From assembly GCA_964595645.1 (NCBI GenBank), contig CAZQQT010000005.1, forward strand, positions 1 to 64,000: a DNA stretch of 64,000 bases, written 5' to 3'. The position numbers were made by a program, and so were the translations under genes. Source of the DNA: an uncultured Thermococci archaeon. Lineage in GTDB: Archaea > Methanobacteriota_B > Thermococci > Methanofastidiosales > B48-G16. Shown here piece by piece: positions 38,638 to 49,818 of the stretch; the first letter of the stretch is position 1, and each line of letters starts with the position of its first letter. The notes under the pieces were generated by a model. It was not told where the DNA came from. It worked only from the letters and a program-made list of their open reading frames with translations, and made no database searches.

Positions 38638-41600
38638 TTCATGTTCCTATTCTAGTTAAATGAAGACATACCAGATCAGCGCAGATAATTCAACATGGGT
38701 CGAATTTCAATACTATTCTAGTTAAATGAAGACTAAGCGGCATGATCCTTATTGTCGCCCTCACCCCTGATTTCAATACTATTCTAGTTAAATGAAGACT
38801 CGCGGGTACCCACCCAGATGCCCAGTTGTGGATATATTTCAATACTATTCTAGTTAAATGAAGACCGAACTTTGCCCTTAGTTACGCCCTCCACTCTTAT
38901 CAATTTCAATACTATTCTAGTTAAATGAAGACAGAATATGCAGGCACTCTCGAAGTTTGCGCTTGGATTTCAATACTATTCTAGTTAAATGAAGACGTGT
39001 AAAAGCCTTGGTGTTTCTCCTAATTTTTCTTCATTTCAATACTATTCTAGTTAAATGAAGACCTATACAATTTAATATATAGGTTCTTCTGGTTACTTGA
39101 TTTCAATACTATTCTAGTTAAATGAAGACTCGGATCCTGGAAGACCTTGCCACGCTTCCTTAATGTTATTTCAATACTATTCTAGTTAAATGAAGACATG
39201 GGCCACGATGGCTGGCTCATCACATTAGGGATCTATTTCAATACTATTCTAGTTAAATGAAGACTCAGGGCGAGCAGTTTGTAATCACAGAAACGGATAC
39301 ATTTCAATACTATTCTAGTTAAATGAAGACTTATGGAGAGTATTACTCCATACCCTGCACTGTTAAATTTCAATACTATTCTAGTTAAATGAAGACTGGA
39401 GATCGGCACGCCGGAGATCCGCATCCCGGAGATATTTCAATACTATTCTAGTTAAATGAAGACAAGAAAAAATCCACAAAAAAGACTGCTCACGTCGGTA
39501 TTTCAATACTATTCTAGTTAAATGAAGACTTGAGTCGTTTTCACTTGGTACTTGCCACGTCGTTCCATTTCAATACTATTCTAGTTAAATGAAGACCATC
39601 GACAACGACGTCGATGTGATCTCTATGTCCTTATTTCAATACTATTCTAGTTAAATGAAGACTTGTCGTATTCCTTCGGCGATCGGTACAGAGGATGGCC
39701 ATTTCAATACTATTCTAGTTAAATGAAGACCAAATGACATTACGGGAACGGTGACATTTACAGAAGGCATTTCAATACTATTCTAGTTAAATGAAGACGT
39801 TACAAGTTTGGTCAGGTATCTCATGAGGTTGATATTTCAATACTATTCTAGTTAAATGAAGACTGGTACTGTACGGTTTTCTCTTTATTCTTCTCCTTGA
39901 TTTCAATACTATTCTAGTTAAATGAAGACCAACATTCAGAACTTGTAATTGAGTCCACAGTTCTATATTTCAATACTATTCTAGTTAAATGAAGACATAT
40001 ATGTGTCTGTCGTGGTCATCCTCACTTCAAAGATTTCAATACTATTCTAGTTAAATGAAGACCTAAAAAAAGGAGAAGTAGAGGGCTATACTGAGCCGCA
40101 TTTCAATACTATTCTAGTTAAATGAAGACTATATTCTTCCCATTCACCTTCTTCATTTAAAGCATATTTCAATACTATTCTAGTTAAATGAAGACTGTAG
40201 CACAAGAAAAATAGGCTCTAGTTTTGTCGCCAATTTCAATACTATTCTAGTTAAATGAAGACTCGATCTCTCCAATATTGATATGGTACACCATCCACAT
40301 TTCAATACTATTCTAGTTAAATGAAGACCTAAAATAGCATCGGATTCTTCAATACTACACACATCTTTATTTCAATACTATTCTAGTTAAATGAAGACTT
40401 TTAATTCATCCAATCTCTCTTTTATTTCCTTTATTATTTCAATACTATTCTAGTTAAATGAAGACATGTTACATGAGGGTGCTCCCTCGATCTGGAACAT
40501 CATTTCAATACTATTCTAGTTAAATGAAGACCCAGGTCCGCATGGCCATGGGGGTGGTCTGCGATTTCAATACTATTCTAGTTAAATGAAGACAGAGAGT
40601 TAAGAATCTAGTAGAAAAGGATATTATTACATTTCAATACTATTCTAGTTAAATGAAGACATGATTTGGGTGAGACAGAACCAACATGGACTAGTAAATT
40701 TCAATACTATTCTAGTTAAATGAAGACGAAACTATACCTGTTATAATAAATATAATGATTGATATATTTCAATACTATTCTAGTTAAATGAAGACCGTTC
40801 CGATAAGACTACAATCCAGTCCATAGACCTCATTTCAATACTATTCTAGTTAAATGAAGACGCGGGTCTTATAAACTCCAATATGCAATGACTCCGACAT
40901 TTCAATACTATTCTAGTTAAATGAAGACTTTTTGTTGTAATGGTGACTATTGGCGGAACGATACTATTTCAATACTATTCTAGTTAAATGAAGACTATTT
41001 CTTTGTTTGCTCGTTTTGCACCACGCACCCAATTTCAATACTATTCTAGTTAAATGAAGACCAGTACTATGATGAAACTGAACAGGTCGATGTATATTTC
41101 AATACTATTCTAGTTAAATGAAGACCTAACACTAGAACTCTTCTGAGTGTATTCACTCCATATTTCAATACTATTCTAGTTAAATGAAGACGGACAGGAA
41201 CAAGAAAAGAAAAAGAAGAGTATCAACATTTCAATACTATTCTAGTTAAATGAAGACCAGCACAGGCTATGGAGATTTTTAGAACAAAATTTAAATTTCA
41301 ATACTATTCTAGTTAAATGAAGACAAGAATATTGAATACTTTGCATAAATTCATTGATTTATTTCAATACTATTCTAGTTAAATGAAGACATGATATGTC
41401 CAACATAAATACAGACATCGGTCTCGGATTTCAATACTATTCTAGTTAAATGAAGACGCACATCGGAAGCAAATGGTGAAACTATAAAAGAAGATTTCAA
41501 TACTATTCTAGTTAAATGAAGACATATATGTGTCTGTCGTGGTCATCCTCACTTCAAAGATTTCAATACTATTCTAGTTAAATGAAGACAACAATTAACC

Positions 41601-42850
41601 CACTCGATGAAGAGATATTAGAAGAATTTCAATACTATTCTAGTTAAATGAAGACTTATGGCGATGCTGTATATCTTAGCGATTCTGTAGAATTTCAATA
41701 CTATTCTAGTTAAATGAAGACATAAACTATCACACAGTGAATTTGATGATAATCTTAAATTTCAATACTATTCTAGTTAAATGAAGACTTTCCCTTCCCC
41801 TTTTTGCAAGACCCCCAATTGTTCATTTCAATACTATTCTAGTTAAATGAAGACGAGCACATCATGAACCAAATATGGGATCCCAAACATCCAATTTCAA
41901 TACTATTCTAGTTAAATGAAGACATGTAGAACCAGAAATATTGGAGATAGTTGCTATTGAATTTCAATACTATTCTAGTTAAATGAAGACTCCTTTTTCC
42001 CATCACGTTACTATGTTCCTTTCCTAATTTCAATACTATTCTAGTTAAATGAAGACCTTCGAAAAATACAGCCTTTGACAATATGCCAACATATTTCAAT
42101 ACTATTCTAGTTAAATGAAGACTTTTTGTTCTTTTTCTGATTTCTTTCTTATATATACATTTCAATACTATTCTAGTTAAATGAAGACATAGTGGGGTTG
42201 ATTCTGACGATGATTCAGATTATTGATTTCAATACTATTCTAGTTAAATGAAGACAAACTCATTTATTCACCTCTTTCACTTCAACATCATCATTTCAAT
42301 ACTATTCTAGTTAAATGAAGACTACTGACCATTCCCGCATCCACCTTTACCGTTGCGGATTTCAATACTATTCTAGTTAAATGAAGACGTATTAAGGTCT
42401 TTTTAGGTTAAGGTCTTTTTAGTTATTTCAATACTATTCTAGTTAAATGAAGACTTTCGTAAACTACATAATCAAAAATTCCCGTGTATCTAATTTCAAT
42501 ACTATTCTAGTTAAATGAAGACTCAATCATCTCGGAAGCAATGAACATTCTATCTTTTATTTCAATACTATTCTAGTTAAATGAAGACCAAAAATTCTCG
42601 TAGACAAAGTATTTGTTGAAGACATTTCAATACTATTCTAGTTAAATGAAGACCATGGTGCATTATAGTAATCTACAAAACATCCATGGATTTCAATACT
42701 ATTCTAGTTAAATGAAGACACAAGAAGAAAAACTATATCAAAAAATAGGGATTTATTTCAATACTATTCTAGTTAAATGAAGACTGCTCTATCAGACAGT
42801 GAATTTGATGATAATCTTAAATTTCAATACTATTCTAGTTAAATGAAGAC
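38638..42850 (-). CRISPR. CRISPR array 2: 63 perfect repeats plus 1 degenerate trailer repeat, 63 spacers (32-40 nt)
   Basis: Same 30-nt repeat as array 1. The trailer copy keeps 21 nt (38647-38667); the leader is on the right. Confidence 0.99.
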
Positions 42851-42951
42851 CTGCCTCACAGGTACCATTCTATTGGATTCAAGGTATATAAGGTTTCCGA
42901 TCGTGTTTTGCCCAACCTCCGAAATCACGGTCATTTATAAAGACTGGGACA
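42851..42951 (-). promoter_or_regulatory. CRISPR leader 2
   Basis: CTGCCTCACAGG...GGATTCAAGGTATATAAGGTTTCCGATCGTG shared with leader 1. Confidence 0.9.
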
Positions 42952-43680
42952 TCAGTAGGGATCGACCATTCCAAATCCCATGGAGTTCTTCTCGCCGACA
43001 CCACACTCATACGCTGTTTCCAGCAGTTTCGGCGTGGCAGCAATTTTTAGCGGAATCTTGAACCCTATCACATGCCCCTCCTTGATTTTAATGGATTTTT
43101 GAGGGCTATGAGGACATTTTGTCCAGATGAGATCGATCGTGATATCTTTTTTGTACTGGGTGCCGTGGACCATGAGGTACTTTTTTCGAAGGTTCTCTGC
43201 GAGATTCTCGTAGAACTGATCCTTGTGAGGAGGAATGTAGTAAATTGTTCCATCGTTGTACGTGGACGTCACGATGGGACTCAGTGCTTTGAACTCGGCG
43301 GTATCGGTGAACTCTGGAGACTTAAGCGTCTCAATTGATTTGATTCTCAGCGTGACATCTCTGAGCGTGAGGGGATTCTCATTCACGCTGTTCAGCAGCC
43401 CTTTCACCGTGTTCCCGATGAACTCGGATCTGGGTGAGGAAAGCAATAAAGAAACGTCGTCACTCTTCGTGCGGAGACCCTTCCCTCTCACCACACGATA
43501 GTTGGGGATGAAGAGGTCCGAGAAGACAAAGAGCTTGATATCTCGGTCGAAGTGGAGTTTCTCCGAGTACTCTTCGTTGAAGGATCGGATCACATGGTAA
43601 AGCCATGAAGAAATAGCGTATTTCCTGTTGAATGGAATGAGGTTCTTCCCATTGTAGTGGAAGACCAGCTTCACTCTCAT
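42952..43680 (-). CDS. cas6: Cas6 crRNA-processing endoribonuclease
   Basis: KLFVFS, ALSPIV, GVGEKNSMGFG. Confidence 0.96.
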   Translation of the reverse strand: MRVKLVFHYNGKNLIPFNRKYAISSWLYHVIRSFNEEYSEKLHFDRDIKLFVFSDLFIPNYRVVRGKGLRTKSDDVSLLLSSPRSEFIGNTVKGLLNSVNENPLTLRDVTLRIKSIETLKSPEFTDTAEFKALSPIVTSTYNDGTIYYIPPHKDQFYENLAENLRKKYLMVHGTQYKKDITIDLIWTKCPHSPQKSIKIKEGHVIGFKIPLKIAATPKLLETAYECGVGEKNSMGFGMVDPY

Positions 43681-43834
43681 ACTACTGGTAAGTTATTGAA
43701 ATTAATAAAGTTTCTCTTTCTTCTGGAATTGTTCATCATGCTTGTTAGAACGGGGAATATACACTGTATTTTTTGCGCGGTCCCCAACTTTTTAATGTCT
43801 ACAAAAGAATGGCGTAGTAGAAGGAGGTAGTACA

Positions 43835-44401
43835 ATGAGAGTACGATGGTTAGGTAATGCGTGTCTCGAGATTTTTGGAGATGACCATATTCTGATAGAT
43901 CCACACTTCACAGTCACACCGGAGAACGAGGCAGATCTCGTGCTGGTAACCCATGAGCATGACGATCACTTCGATCCAGCGAAGTACAGGGGATACGGTG
44001 AGGACGCAGGGCTATACGCGCCGGCTACAACACTAGAGAAATTTGGTGTAGATGGTCACGCTGTGACACCGGGAGATCGTATCGGTGATGTACGTGTACT
44101 GGACTGTGACTGCTGGGGATCTGATGAGAGCGTGAGCTACTATTACCATGGACTTCTCCACGCCGGTGATTCCAACGTGTTCCCCGATGCAGAGGATGTT
44201 GCCGTGATCTTTACTGCGTGTTTCCCCGATTACTACGAGGATTACGTCTCAGCATTTACCCGGTTGAACCCAACGCGTGTTGTGCCATTCCATTACGATC
44301 CGGAAGACAACGAATCCGATGCGACGGGACTCAAAGAGAGACTCGACAGTGAAGGAATACCAAACGAAATTCTCGCACCCGGAGAGAGCATTGACGTGTA
44401 G
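43835..44401 (+). CDS. MBL-fold metallo-hydrolase
   Basis: THEHDDH, HAGD, PFHY. Confidence 0.9.
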   Translation: MRVRWLGNACLEIFGDDHILIDPHFTVTPENEADLVLVTHEHDDHFDPAKYRGYGEDAGLYAPATTLEKFGVDGHAVTPGDRIGDVRVLDCDCWGSDESVSYYYHGLLHAGDSNVFPDAEDVAVIFTACFPDYYEDYVSAFTRLNPTRVVPFHYDPEDNESDATGLKERLDSEGIPNEILAPGESIDV

Positions 44402-44426
44402 ATTTCATTTTCTCTTTTCTTTTTTT

Positions 44427-45737
44427 TTACCGACGTACCATTCCTATAACTATCAACACGATAATGGCAACGGCGGCGCCGACAATATAATATGTATTGT
44501 TACTTGTCTTTTCAGGTTCCGATGACTGTTCCACAGCAGATTCTTCTGGTGCCTTTGGTGCCTTCGTCTCTAGTTCTTCCTCTCCAAGACAGTAGAGCGT
44601 TGACTCTACAGGCACGAACACATAGCCGTTGGAAATCGCAGGCGATCCAACAACTTTTCCAAGTTTGAAATCACCAAGAAGGTTCCCTTTGTACGCATCG
44701 AGACAGTAGAAATGGCCATCCATACATCCCACACATACAAGACCGTCAGCAATCACAGGCGAGGAGAGTATCCTGTCACCAGTGAGAAATGTCCATTTTT
44801 CTTTCCCTGTCTCCGCATCCAGCGCATAGATTGTGTTGTTCCACGATCCAAAATAGACATTCTCGTATGCCGCTCCGAGAGTTGAGATGATTCTGTCCTC
44901 TCCTGTTCGGTACTGTTCCATTACCACGCTTCCCTTTGTTTCGAAGGTCCAGCTTGGTTCACCCGTGTCACTATCGATGCAGTGAACTTTTTTCTTCCCG
45001 GAACCAAAATAAATCTTGCCATTATATACGGTAGGAGATGAGGTGACGCCCTGTGTGCTCCTTACACTTATCGGAGGGATACATGCGCCCTCGGGGACCT
45101 TGACTGTTTTGTACTTCCAGACGAGTTCTCCCTCAGGGGTGAAACAGCAGAGTTCATCTGCGTAGATGTCATTCTGGAATATCACGTAGATATGGTCGTT
45201 CCATACTGAGGCAGTCGTTTTTACAGGAGAGACTGTTTCATACTCCCACTTGATTTCTCCTGTGTCAGCGTCAAGACAATAAAATTTTGGGGTTAAAGCG
45301 CCTTTTCCTATAAATACGTTTCCTTTATATACCAATGGAGCATTTCGTATCTCTTTTCCGATTTCTTGTTTCCAAATAGTCTTTCCGTCAGTATTCAGTG
45401 CGTAGACATATCCATTCCAGGTACCAACGTATACAGTATCGTTCACCACGGTGGGAGTGGACCAGAGCGTATTCATCTCTTTTTTCCACACCACGTTCCC
45501 GTTGAGATCTAACTTATAAAAATATCCTTCAGAGCCGATATAGACATTATTTTCCACGATCACGGGAGAACCACAGATTCTCCCCTCTAAATCGGTTTTC
45601 CAGATCACACTGTTGATTGTTCCTACATCTATCTCATTCAACCCTGTATTTTTTTCATCGTGCATAAACGTATTCCAGTCTGCGCATACCATCGGTAGCA
45701 GAATCAACCCAATAAGAACGAATACATATTTCTTCAT
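44427..45737 (-). CDS. PQQ-like beta-propeller surface protein with signal peptide and C-terminal TM anchor
   Basis: Repeated SP...YxGS...YALDAxTG..W motifs. Confidence 0.9.
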   Translation of the reverse strand: MKKYVFVLIGLILLPMVCADWNTFMHDEKNTGLNEIDVGTINSVIWKTDLEGRICGSPVIVENNVYIGSEGYFYKLDLNGNVVWKKEMNTLWSTPTVVNDTVYVGTWNGYVYALNTDGKTIWKQEIGKEIRNAPLVYKGNVFIGKGALTPKFYCLDADTGEIKWEYETVSPVKTTASVWNDHIYVIFQNDIYADELCCFTPEGELVWKYKTVKVPEGACIPPISVRSTQGVTSSPTVYNGKIYFGSGKKKVHCIDSDTGEPSWTFETKGSVVMEQYRTGEDRIISTLGAAYENVYFGSWNNTIYALDAETGKEKWTFLTGDRILSSPVIADGLVCVGCMDGHFYCLDAYKGNLLGDFKLGKVVGSPAISNGYVFVPVESTLYCLGEEELETKAPKAPEESAVEQSSEPEKTSNNTYYIVGAAVAIIVLIVIGMVRR

Positions 45738-45866
45738 TCAGTCACCTTTTATCTCTTTACTTCATCTCATTTTTTAAATCTTGTTGTAGATATGAGAAAG
45801 GAGTACTCAGTAGGACTACTGTGTTTCGCAGTAGTGTATTTAAACATCCAAAGCGAACTACACGCA

Positions 45867-46835
45867 ATGATCTCCCTTGGGATAGAGAGCACGGCACACA
45901 CCTTCGGTGTTGGTATTGTCACAGAAAAGGAGGTACTGGCAAATGAAACTTCCGTCTATTCAGGGAAGGGGATACATCCACGGAAGGCGGCGGATCACCA
46001 CGCCGACACCGCAAAGGATGTGCTCGACAGTGCGCTGAACACAGCGAACCACTCACTGGACGACATCGATCTCGTCAGTTTTTCCCAGGGACCGGGAATC
46101 GGGCCGTGCCTGAGGATCGGTGCTACAGTGGCAAGAACGCTTTCCCTCAGGCTCGATATACCGATTATAGGGGTAAACCACTGCGTGAGCCATATCGAGA
46201 TAGGGAAGTTTACCACCGGCGCAACGGATCCAGTAACACTTTACGTCTCCGGAGGAAATACACAGATCATCGCCTACGCCTCTCAACGGTATCGAATTTT
46301 TGGAGAAACACTCGATATCGGACTGGGAAATATGCAGGACAGCTTCGGGAGAGCGATGGGCTTGAAATTCCCCTGTGGGAAAACGATCGACGAGTTACTT
46401 GCGAAAGGACGCATGTATCTACAGCTTCCCTATACTATTAAGGGGATGGATTTCTCCTTCAGCGGCATGCTCACAGACGCACTACGGTACAAAGAAACAG
46501 AAACAATCGAGGATATCACCTTCTCCCTAATGGAAACAGCCTTTTCTACGGTGGTAGAGGCCTCCGAGAGGGCGCTGGCACATACGGAAAAGCACGAGCT
46601 GCTGTTGACAGGCGGCATGGCCGCGTCCCCACGACTGCGTGAGATGTGTACAATCATGTGCGAGGAACGGGGAGATGAATGCTATGTGCCATCCTTCGAT
46701 CTCTGCAGGGACAATGGGGCCATGATCGCGCACCATGGACTTCTCAAGCACAACAGCGGCGCGCGGATGCACCTTAAAGATACGGTAGTACGACAGAAAT
46801 GGCGCACAGATGAGGAGGAGATCACATGGCTGTGA
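45867..46835 (+). CDS. kae1: KEOPS t6A transferase Kae1
   Basis: LGIESTAHT, NHCVSHIE, YVSGGNTQ, DNGAMIA. Confidence 0.97.
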   Translation: MISLGIESTAHTFGVGIVTEKEVLANETSVYSGKGIHPRKAADHHADTAKDVLDSALNTANHSLDDIDLVSFSQGPGIGPCLRIGATVARTLSLRLDIPIIGVNHCVSHIEIGKFTTGATDPVTLYVSGGNTQIIAYASQRYRIFGETLDIGLGNMQDSFGRAMGLKFPCGKTIDELLAKGRMYLQLPYTIKGMDFSFSGMLTDALRYKETETIEDITFSLMETAFSTVVEASERALAHTEKHELLLTGGMAASPRLREMCTIMCEERGDECYVPSFDLCRDNGAMIAHHGLLKHNSGARMHLKDTVVRQKWRTDEEEITWL

Positions 46836-47500
46836 TCGGGAGGGGTGCAGAGGCGGTTCTTACCGTGGAAGATTTCAGTGATCGATACTTTCCCAGCGAC
46901 GATCTCGATATACGGGTAGTGATCAAGAAACGGATCAAGAAAGGCTACCGCAATGAGCAGATAGATCTCCATTTACGGCGATCGAGGACTGTACTGGAGG
47001 CACGGTTGATGCACGAAGCAAAAAAGTACGTGAAAACGCCAACAATCTTTGAAGTGGACACAGACGAGTGTTACATTGTGATGGAGTATATAGAAGGAGA
47101 ACGAGTCAAGGAGCTCCTTGAAAAAATTAGTCCTGAAAAGAGGAGATCAGTGTGTCATCGTATTGGAGAAATTGTGGGCAATCTGCATAGAAATGATATC
47201 ATCCATGGCGATTTGACCACCTCCAACATGATCCGTTCTTCCAGTGGGATATATCTCATTGATTTCGGACTGGGAGAGTTCTCCATAGAAATAGAAGATA
47301 AAGGTGTGGATATGCACCTTCTGAGAGAAGCACTCCAGTCCACACATTACCATCATTTTGAGGGAGACTTCAATGCAGTGATGGAGGGGTATGAAGCTAC
47401 TGTCGGTGAAAAAAGAAAAGACGAGATTATAAGAAAAATAGAAGAGATAGAGAGGAGAGGACGGTATGTCAAGAGAGATAGTATTCATCACGGGCAATAG
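46826..47500 (+). CDS. bud32: KEOPS kinase Bud32
   Basis: GAEA, HGDLTTSN, IDFGL. Confidence 0.97.
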   Translation: MAVIGRGAEAVLTVEDFSDRYFPSDDLDIRVVIKKRIKKGYRNEQIDLHLRRSRTVLEARLMHEAKKYVKTPTIFEVDTDECYIVMEYIEGERVKELLEKISPEKRRSVCHRIGEIVGNLHRNDIIHGDLTTSNMIRSSSGIYLIDFGLGEFSIEIEDKGVDMHLLREALQSTHYHHFEGDFNAVMEGYEATVGEKRKDEIIRKIEEIERRGRYVKRDSIHHGQ

Positions 47501-48017
47501 GAATAAGGTTAACGAGATACAAAAGGCTATCGATCCGTTGGACTATACGGTCATACAGAACGATCTGGACTATCCGGAAATCCAGAGTACGTCGTTAGAA
47601 GATGTAGTCCGGTACGGTATCGAGTGGATCAAAGACAGTGTCGATATCTTTTTTCTGGAGGATTCTGGGCTTTTCGTTGAGCGTTTGAACGGATTTCCCG
47701 GTGTTTACTCCAAGTTTGTGTTTGAGAGCATCGGGAACCAAGGGATTCTGAAGCTCATGGAATACGTTGAGGATAGAAACGCGGTATTTAAGACAGTAAT
47801 TGGCTTCTATGATGGCGAAGCAAAAATTTTTAAAGGGCAGTGCAAAGGAAGGATAGCCAAGAGGCCAAAGGGAGGCCATGGATTTGGCTATGATCCAATT
47901 TTTATCCCGGACGGTACCACAAATACTTTTGGCGAAATGGAAACATACCAGAAGAATGAATACTCTCATAGGGCAAAAGCCTTAAAAAGTTTCATTCATT
48001 ATTTAAAAAAGAGGTGA
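47466..48017 (+). CDS. rdgB: XTP/dITP diphosphatase (Ham1/RdgB)
   Basis: [22 protein letters not shown]. Confidence 0.96.
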   Translation: MSREIVFITGNRNKVNEIQKAIDPLDYTVIQNDLDYPEIQSTSLEDVVRYGIEWIKDSVDIFFLEDSGLFVERLNGFPGVYSKFVFESIGNQGILKLMEYVEDRNAVFKTVIGFYDGEAKIFKGQCKGRIAKRPKGGHGFGYDPIFIPDGTTNTFGEMETYQKNEYSHRAKALKSFIHYLKKR

Positions 48018-48022
48018 ATCAG

Positions 48023-48478
48023 ATGGCAAGAATGCACTCGAGAAAGAAAGGAAAATCAGGATCAACTCGTCCTCATCGGACAAAATCTCCTGGATGGACA
48101 GAATATGATGCAGAAGAAGGAGAGGCATTAGTTGTCAAATTACGGAAAAAAGGACTTTCTCCAAGTCTCATCGGCTTGAAACTGCGGGATCAGTATGGAA
48201 TCCCCGATGTCAAGCTCCTCACAGGAAAAAAGATCACGGAGATCCTGGAAGCTCACGATATGGCACCTGAGTTCCCTGAGGACATGCTAAACCTCATACG
48301 GAAAGCGGTGAAGATCCGGAAGCATATGGAGGACAACAAGAAGGACTACCACACCAAACGTGGATTGCAGCTTACAGAATCGAAAATAAAGCGGCTTGCA
48401 AAGTATTATAAGAAGAAAGGAGAAATTCCTGAAGATTGGAGATACGATCCGGAAAAAGCCGAGCTCCTTATAAGGTGA
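48023..48478 (+). CDS. rps15: 30S ribosomal protein S15 (uS15)
   Basis: [14 protein letters not shown]...[11 protein letters not shown]. Confidence 0.98.
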   Translation: MARMHSRKKGKSGSTRPHRTKSPGWTEYDAEEGEALVVKLRKKGLSPSLIGLKLRDQYGIPDVKLLTGKKITEILEAHDMAPEFPEDMLNLIRKAVKIRKHMEDNKKDYHTKRGLQLTESKIKRLAKYYKKKGEIPEDWRYDPEKAELLIR

Positions 48479-48479
48479 T

Positions 48480-49814
48480 TTGTTGGAAAGGATTTATAAA
48501 AGGGCAGAGAAGATTGCTTCGTTTTTTTTAGAACATTCTTCTGAGTTCGAGAAGGTGTATATTGTTTCTCACAAAGATACAGATGGCATTGCAGCAGCTG
48601 CCCTTTTGCAAATTACATTCTCCCAGTTTAAAAAGGTAGAAACAAAGATAGTATCCCAGATATACATTGATACATTGGAAGAGCTGAAGGAGGAGGTAGG
48701 CGATAACCTTGTGGTGTTTTCCGATCTCGGCAGCTCCTTTTGTACCGCGATCAACGAAAAGTTCCCTTACGCGATTATTTTGGATCACCATCCTCCCGAA
48801 GACTGTGAGGACAGCTATGTGCTGAACCCCCATCTTTTTGGGTACAATGGTGCCCATGATCTTTCGGGGGCAGGAGCCGCATATTTTTTTTGCAGAGATC
48901 TTTACCCAGAGATAAAGGAGTACAGCTACCTTGCAATTGTTGGTGCAATTGGTGATAAACAGAACAATCCGTTCCAGGGTTTGAATCGTGAGATTATCAA
49001 GGAAGGAAAGGGCATATTCCATGAAAAAGATGGAAACATCATCATCGATGTGTTGGAGGGCCATCTCAGGGATGGGGAGTACTTTTCTTCCTTACTCAAT
49101 GCCTGTGGCACCTTGAATAAAACGGATTTAGGACTTCAAGCCTGTCGTGGAGACGAAGTGGCAATAAAAAAGGCCAAAAAAGTACTCAAACAATATTATA
49201 AAGAGATAAATAGTGCCCTCAGACGGATCGTGAAGAATAAGAAGAAAATAATAGAAGAAAATAAGAATAGATCTGCGTATTTTATTGTTTCCCCAGCACA
49301 GGTAGGATTGACGGGTACCCTTTCTACTCGGCTGATCGATATTTTCAACGACAAACCGGTGATTTTCATCTCAAAGAAAGATGCCTTGAAAGTATCTGTA
49401 CGGGGAACGAAACAGCTTGTATCCCAGGGTCTGCATCTTGGTGAGGCACTGAAAAATGCTGTGGGAATAAAAGGAGAGGGTGGAGGTCATGATATCGCGG
49501 CAGGGGCGAAGTACCATGGTGATATAGAGGAGTTCATTGAGAGAGTAGATTTTGAAATAAAGAAACAGATAGGAGACAGCTTCCTGATAGAGGGAGACCT
49601 CACCATTGTATATGAAGATGGGAAAAAGGCTGCGTCCATCGCGGGTGCCATCGATGTGGACAATGAAAAACCTTTAAAAGCCACCATGATAGAAAGTTAC
49701 AGTAACGAGAACGAGTTTATCACTCGTGTACAATCAGAGAGTATAGGCACCTTTAAGAATGTGTTTGATGATATACTTGTCTGTGTGAAATCATCTGAAA
49801 CGATAGAGGAATGA
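48480..49814 (+). CDS. DHH/RecJ-like phosphoesterase fused to a C-terminal Pcc1-like (KEOPS) domain
   Basis: HKDTDG, DLGS, DHH, GGGHDIAAGA. The last ~80 aa (AIDVDNE...SIGTFKNVFDDILVC) look Pcc1-like. Confidence 0.8.
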   Translation: MLERIYKRAEKIASFFLEHSSEFEKVYIVSHKDTDGIAAAALLQITFSQFKKVETKIVSQIYIDTLEELKEEVGDNLVVFSDLGSSFCTAINEKFPYAIILDHHPPEDCEDSYVLNPHLFGYNGAHDLSGAGAAYFFCRDLYPEIKEYSYLAIVGAIGDKQNNPFQGLNREIIKEGKGIFHEKDGNIIIDVLEGHLRDGEYFSSLLNACGTLNKTDLGLQACRGDEVAIKKAKKVLKQYYKEINSALRRIVKNKKKIIEENKNRSAYFIVSPAQVGLTGTLSTRLIDIFNDKPVIFISKKDALKVSVRGTKQLVSQGLHLGEALKNAVGIKGEGGGHDIAAGAKYHGDIEEFIERVDFEIKKQIGDSFLIEGDLTIVYEDGKKAASIAGAIDVDNEKPLKATMIESYSNENEFITRVQSESIGTFKNVFDDILVCVKSSETIEE

Positions 49815-49818
49815 GAAT

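Noticed and set aside
40329-40368. Spacer containing 10 nt of the repeat (TTCAATACTA); spacer 42589-42623 also ends in TGAAGAC
   Set aside because: Short AT-rich matches compatible with chance.
40399-40435. Spacer partly similar to cas3 near 27427 (possible self-targeting)
   Set aside because: Only ~16 nt of AT-rich similarity, at the PAM-distal end.
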